This document shows, one piece after another, positions 62,724 to 64,000 of a stretch of 64,000 bases of DNA. This DNA is from Daphnia carinata (Eukaryota): assembly GCF_022539665.2 (NCBI RefSeq), contig NC_081333.1, positions 5,332,001 through 5,396,000 of the forward strand. Reading direction: 5' to 3'. The translations under genes and the position numbers were made by a program. Each line of letters begins with the position of its first letter. Position 1 is the stretch's first letter. Below the pieces are notes generated by a model. The model was not told where the DNA came from, did not search any database, and saw only the letters and a list, made by a program, of their open reading frames with translations.

Positions 62724-64000
62724 TAAGAGGGTTGACCATGTCCTTTTTGAACAGGTTTTCGAAACACTCTGTGGTAATAATATCGACAATAAAATAATTT
62801 AAAAAAACGGCGGACAAATTAGAAAATTTTTTAAGAAATTAAAAAGGAAATGAGGAATGACTTGGTTTTAAAACAGTGTACGGCACCGAAATACCAAGAC
62901 TAGCTTGCATTGGAACGCTCCCATGTTATAAATAAAACTGTTCATGCTTAATATGAATACGATACTTACCTCTGGTAATAAGGCACATATAGCGAACTTG
63001 GTCATTGATGAGAGCTATTCCAACGTTCGTCGTCAGGACTACAACAAAAAACAAATGGCAATTTTATCAATGAGGAAAAATAACATACAACTTTAGATAT
63101 ACTTCACAACAGGATTTCTACAGGGTGGCAAAATAAGTGAACAACAATCAAATCCCCCTAGAAAATACTATTAGTACTTGTTTTGGTGTCATAAGAAATG
63201 TCAGCTTCAACTATCCTAGGTTTATATACCAGTTGCTTCAGTATTAATTTCAATGTGAAAAAGGCGAGTTTCACGAAAATCACCGTCTGGTTAGCATCCA
63301 CGATTTCCCCTTAATCACTGTAACTTTTCAATGATTAACTCAAACATGTGAGCCACAGTAAGTTGTTCTAGTGACTCTTAGGCTTCTTGAATTATGAAAA
63401 TATTTAAATTGAATTCAAAGAGGCAAATAGCCTCTTAATAATCAAAGGTTGAAGTAAAAGCAGAAAAATAAAATCCAAATCAGATGATTAAAATGACATG
63501 TGCCTACGTTCTTTTGTCGGTCAAGACATGTTAATTGTGGAACTCCATCGGGAGATTTTTTACGCCTATTTCATCAAATTTATCTTTGGACACAATGTCA
63601 GGTTTTCTTTTAAAGAGTCTTGAGGCTGTTTCTTTCCCTGTTCGTTTTTGAAGGGCTCATTATTTCATGTTTTCAAGAGGTCTAAGTCGTATTATTCCCA
63701 GCCAAGTTTATCGTTTTAGGAAAAGAAAAAAGAAATTTAGACTCTCGATTTCCCGCTGAAACTAGAATCGTGTTTAAAAACGCTACCTAGCAGTCTAATA
63801 TTTTAAAAAAATAAATAAAAAAATATGCGCCACCTAACGAGGTAGGTCACTTGTGGAATGCCTCGCCATGGACGACGAGAAGGGATAGAAAATAACAAAG
63901 ATGCATGTCTCTTACATTCCACCTTGCCACTGTTAGGAAACAACACGAGGAAAAGATGGGAATCCCGTTCTCCTTTTTTGTCTTCATGTTTGTGATTTAT

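Noticed and set aside
62900..63720. Minus-strand multi-exon gene remnant
   Set aside because: Splice-like signals are visible, but the peptides contain stops and match nothing I recognise.
1..64000. Prokaryotic systems (CRISPR array, retron, DGR, defence island)
   Set aside because: Content is eukaryotic, with introns and LTR elements. All RTs are Gypsy, Copia, Bel or LINE type, and no repeat-spacer array is present.

Overview
Eukaryotic, AT-rich invertebrate DNA. Short 60-110 nt introns and the transposable element (TE) families suggest an arthropod, possibly a cladoceran such as Daphnia; this is inference only. The window is a dense nest of mostly decayed TEs: two env-bearing Ty3/Gypsy elements, three Bel/Pao elements (one full-length and young, 50697-59568, with a 5-bp target-site duplication, TSD), three Ty1/Copia pieces, a LINE, a MULE/SWIM/PHD transposon, several terminal-inverted-repeat (TIR) elements and MITEs, and an LTR-element 3' end carrying a gB-like glycoprotein. 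Mixed in are intron-retaining host fragments of ZSWIM8 and ATRX, a cathepsin I29-propeptide gene disrupted by the Bel/Pao insertion, and a ~2.7-kb inverted duplication. Best candidates for new biology: (1) a conserved accessory ORF0 upstream of gag in two diverged Bel/Pao families, whose ATG appears only after an LTR-to-leader splice that removes the primer-binding site (PBS); (2) a canonical spliceosomal intron inside a Copia gag; (3) two unrelated viral fusogen types in neighbouring LTR elements. All calls are by eye, without database searches.
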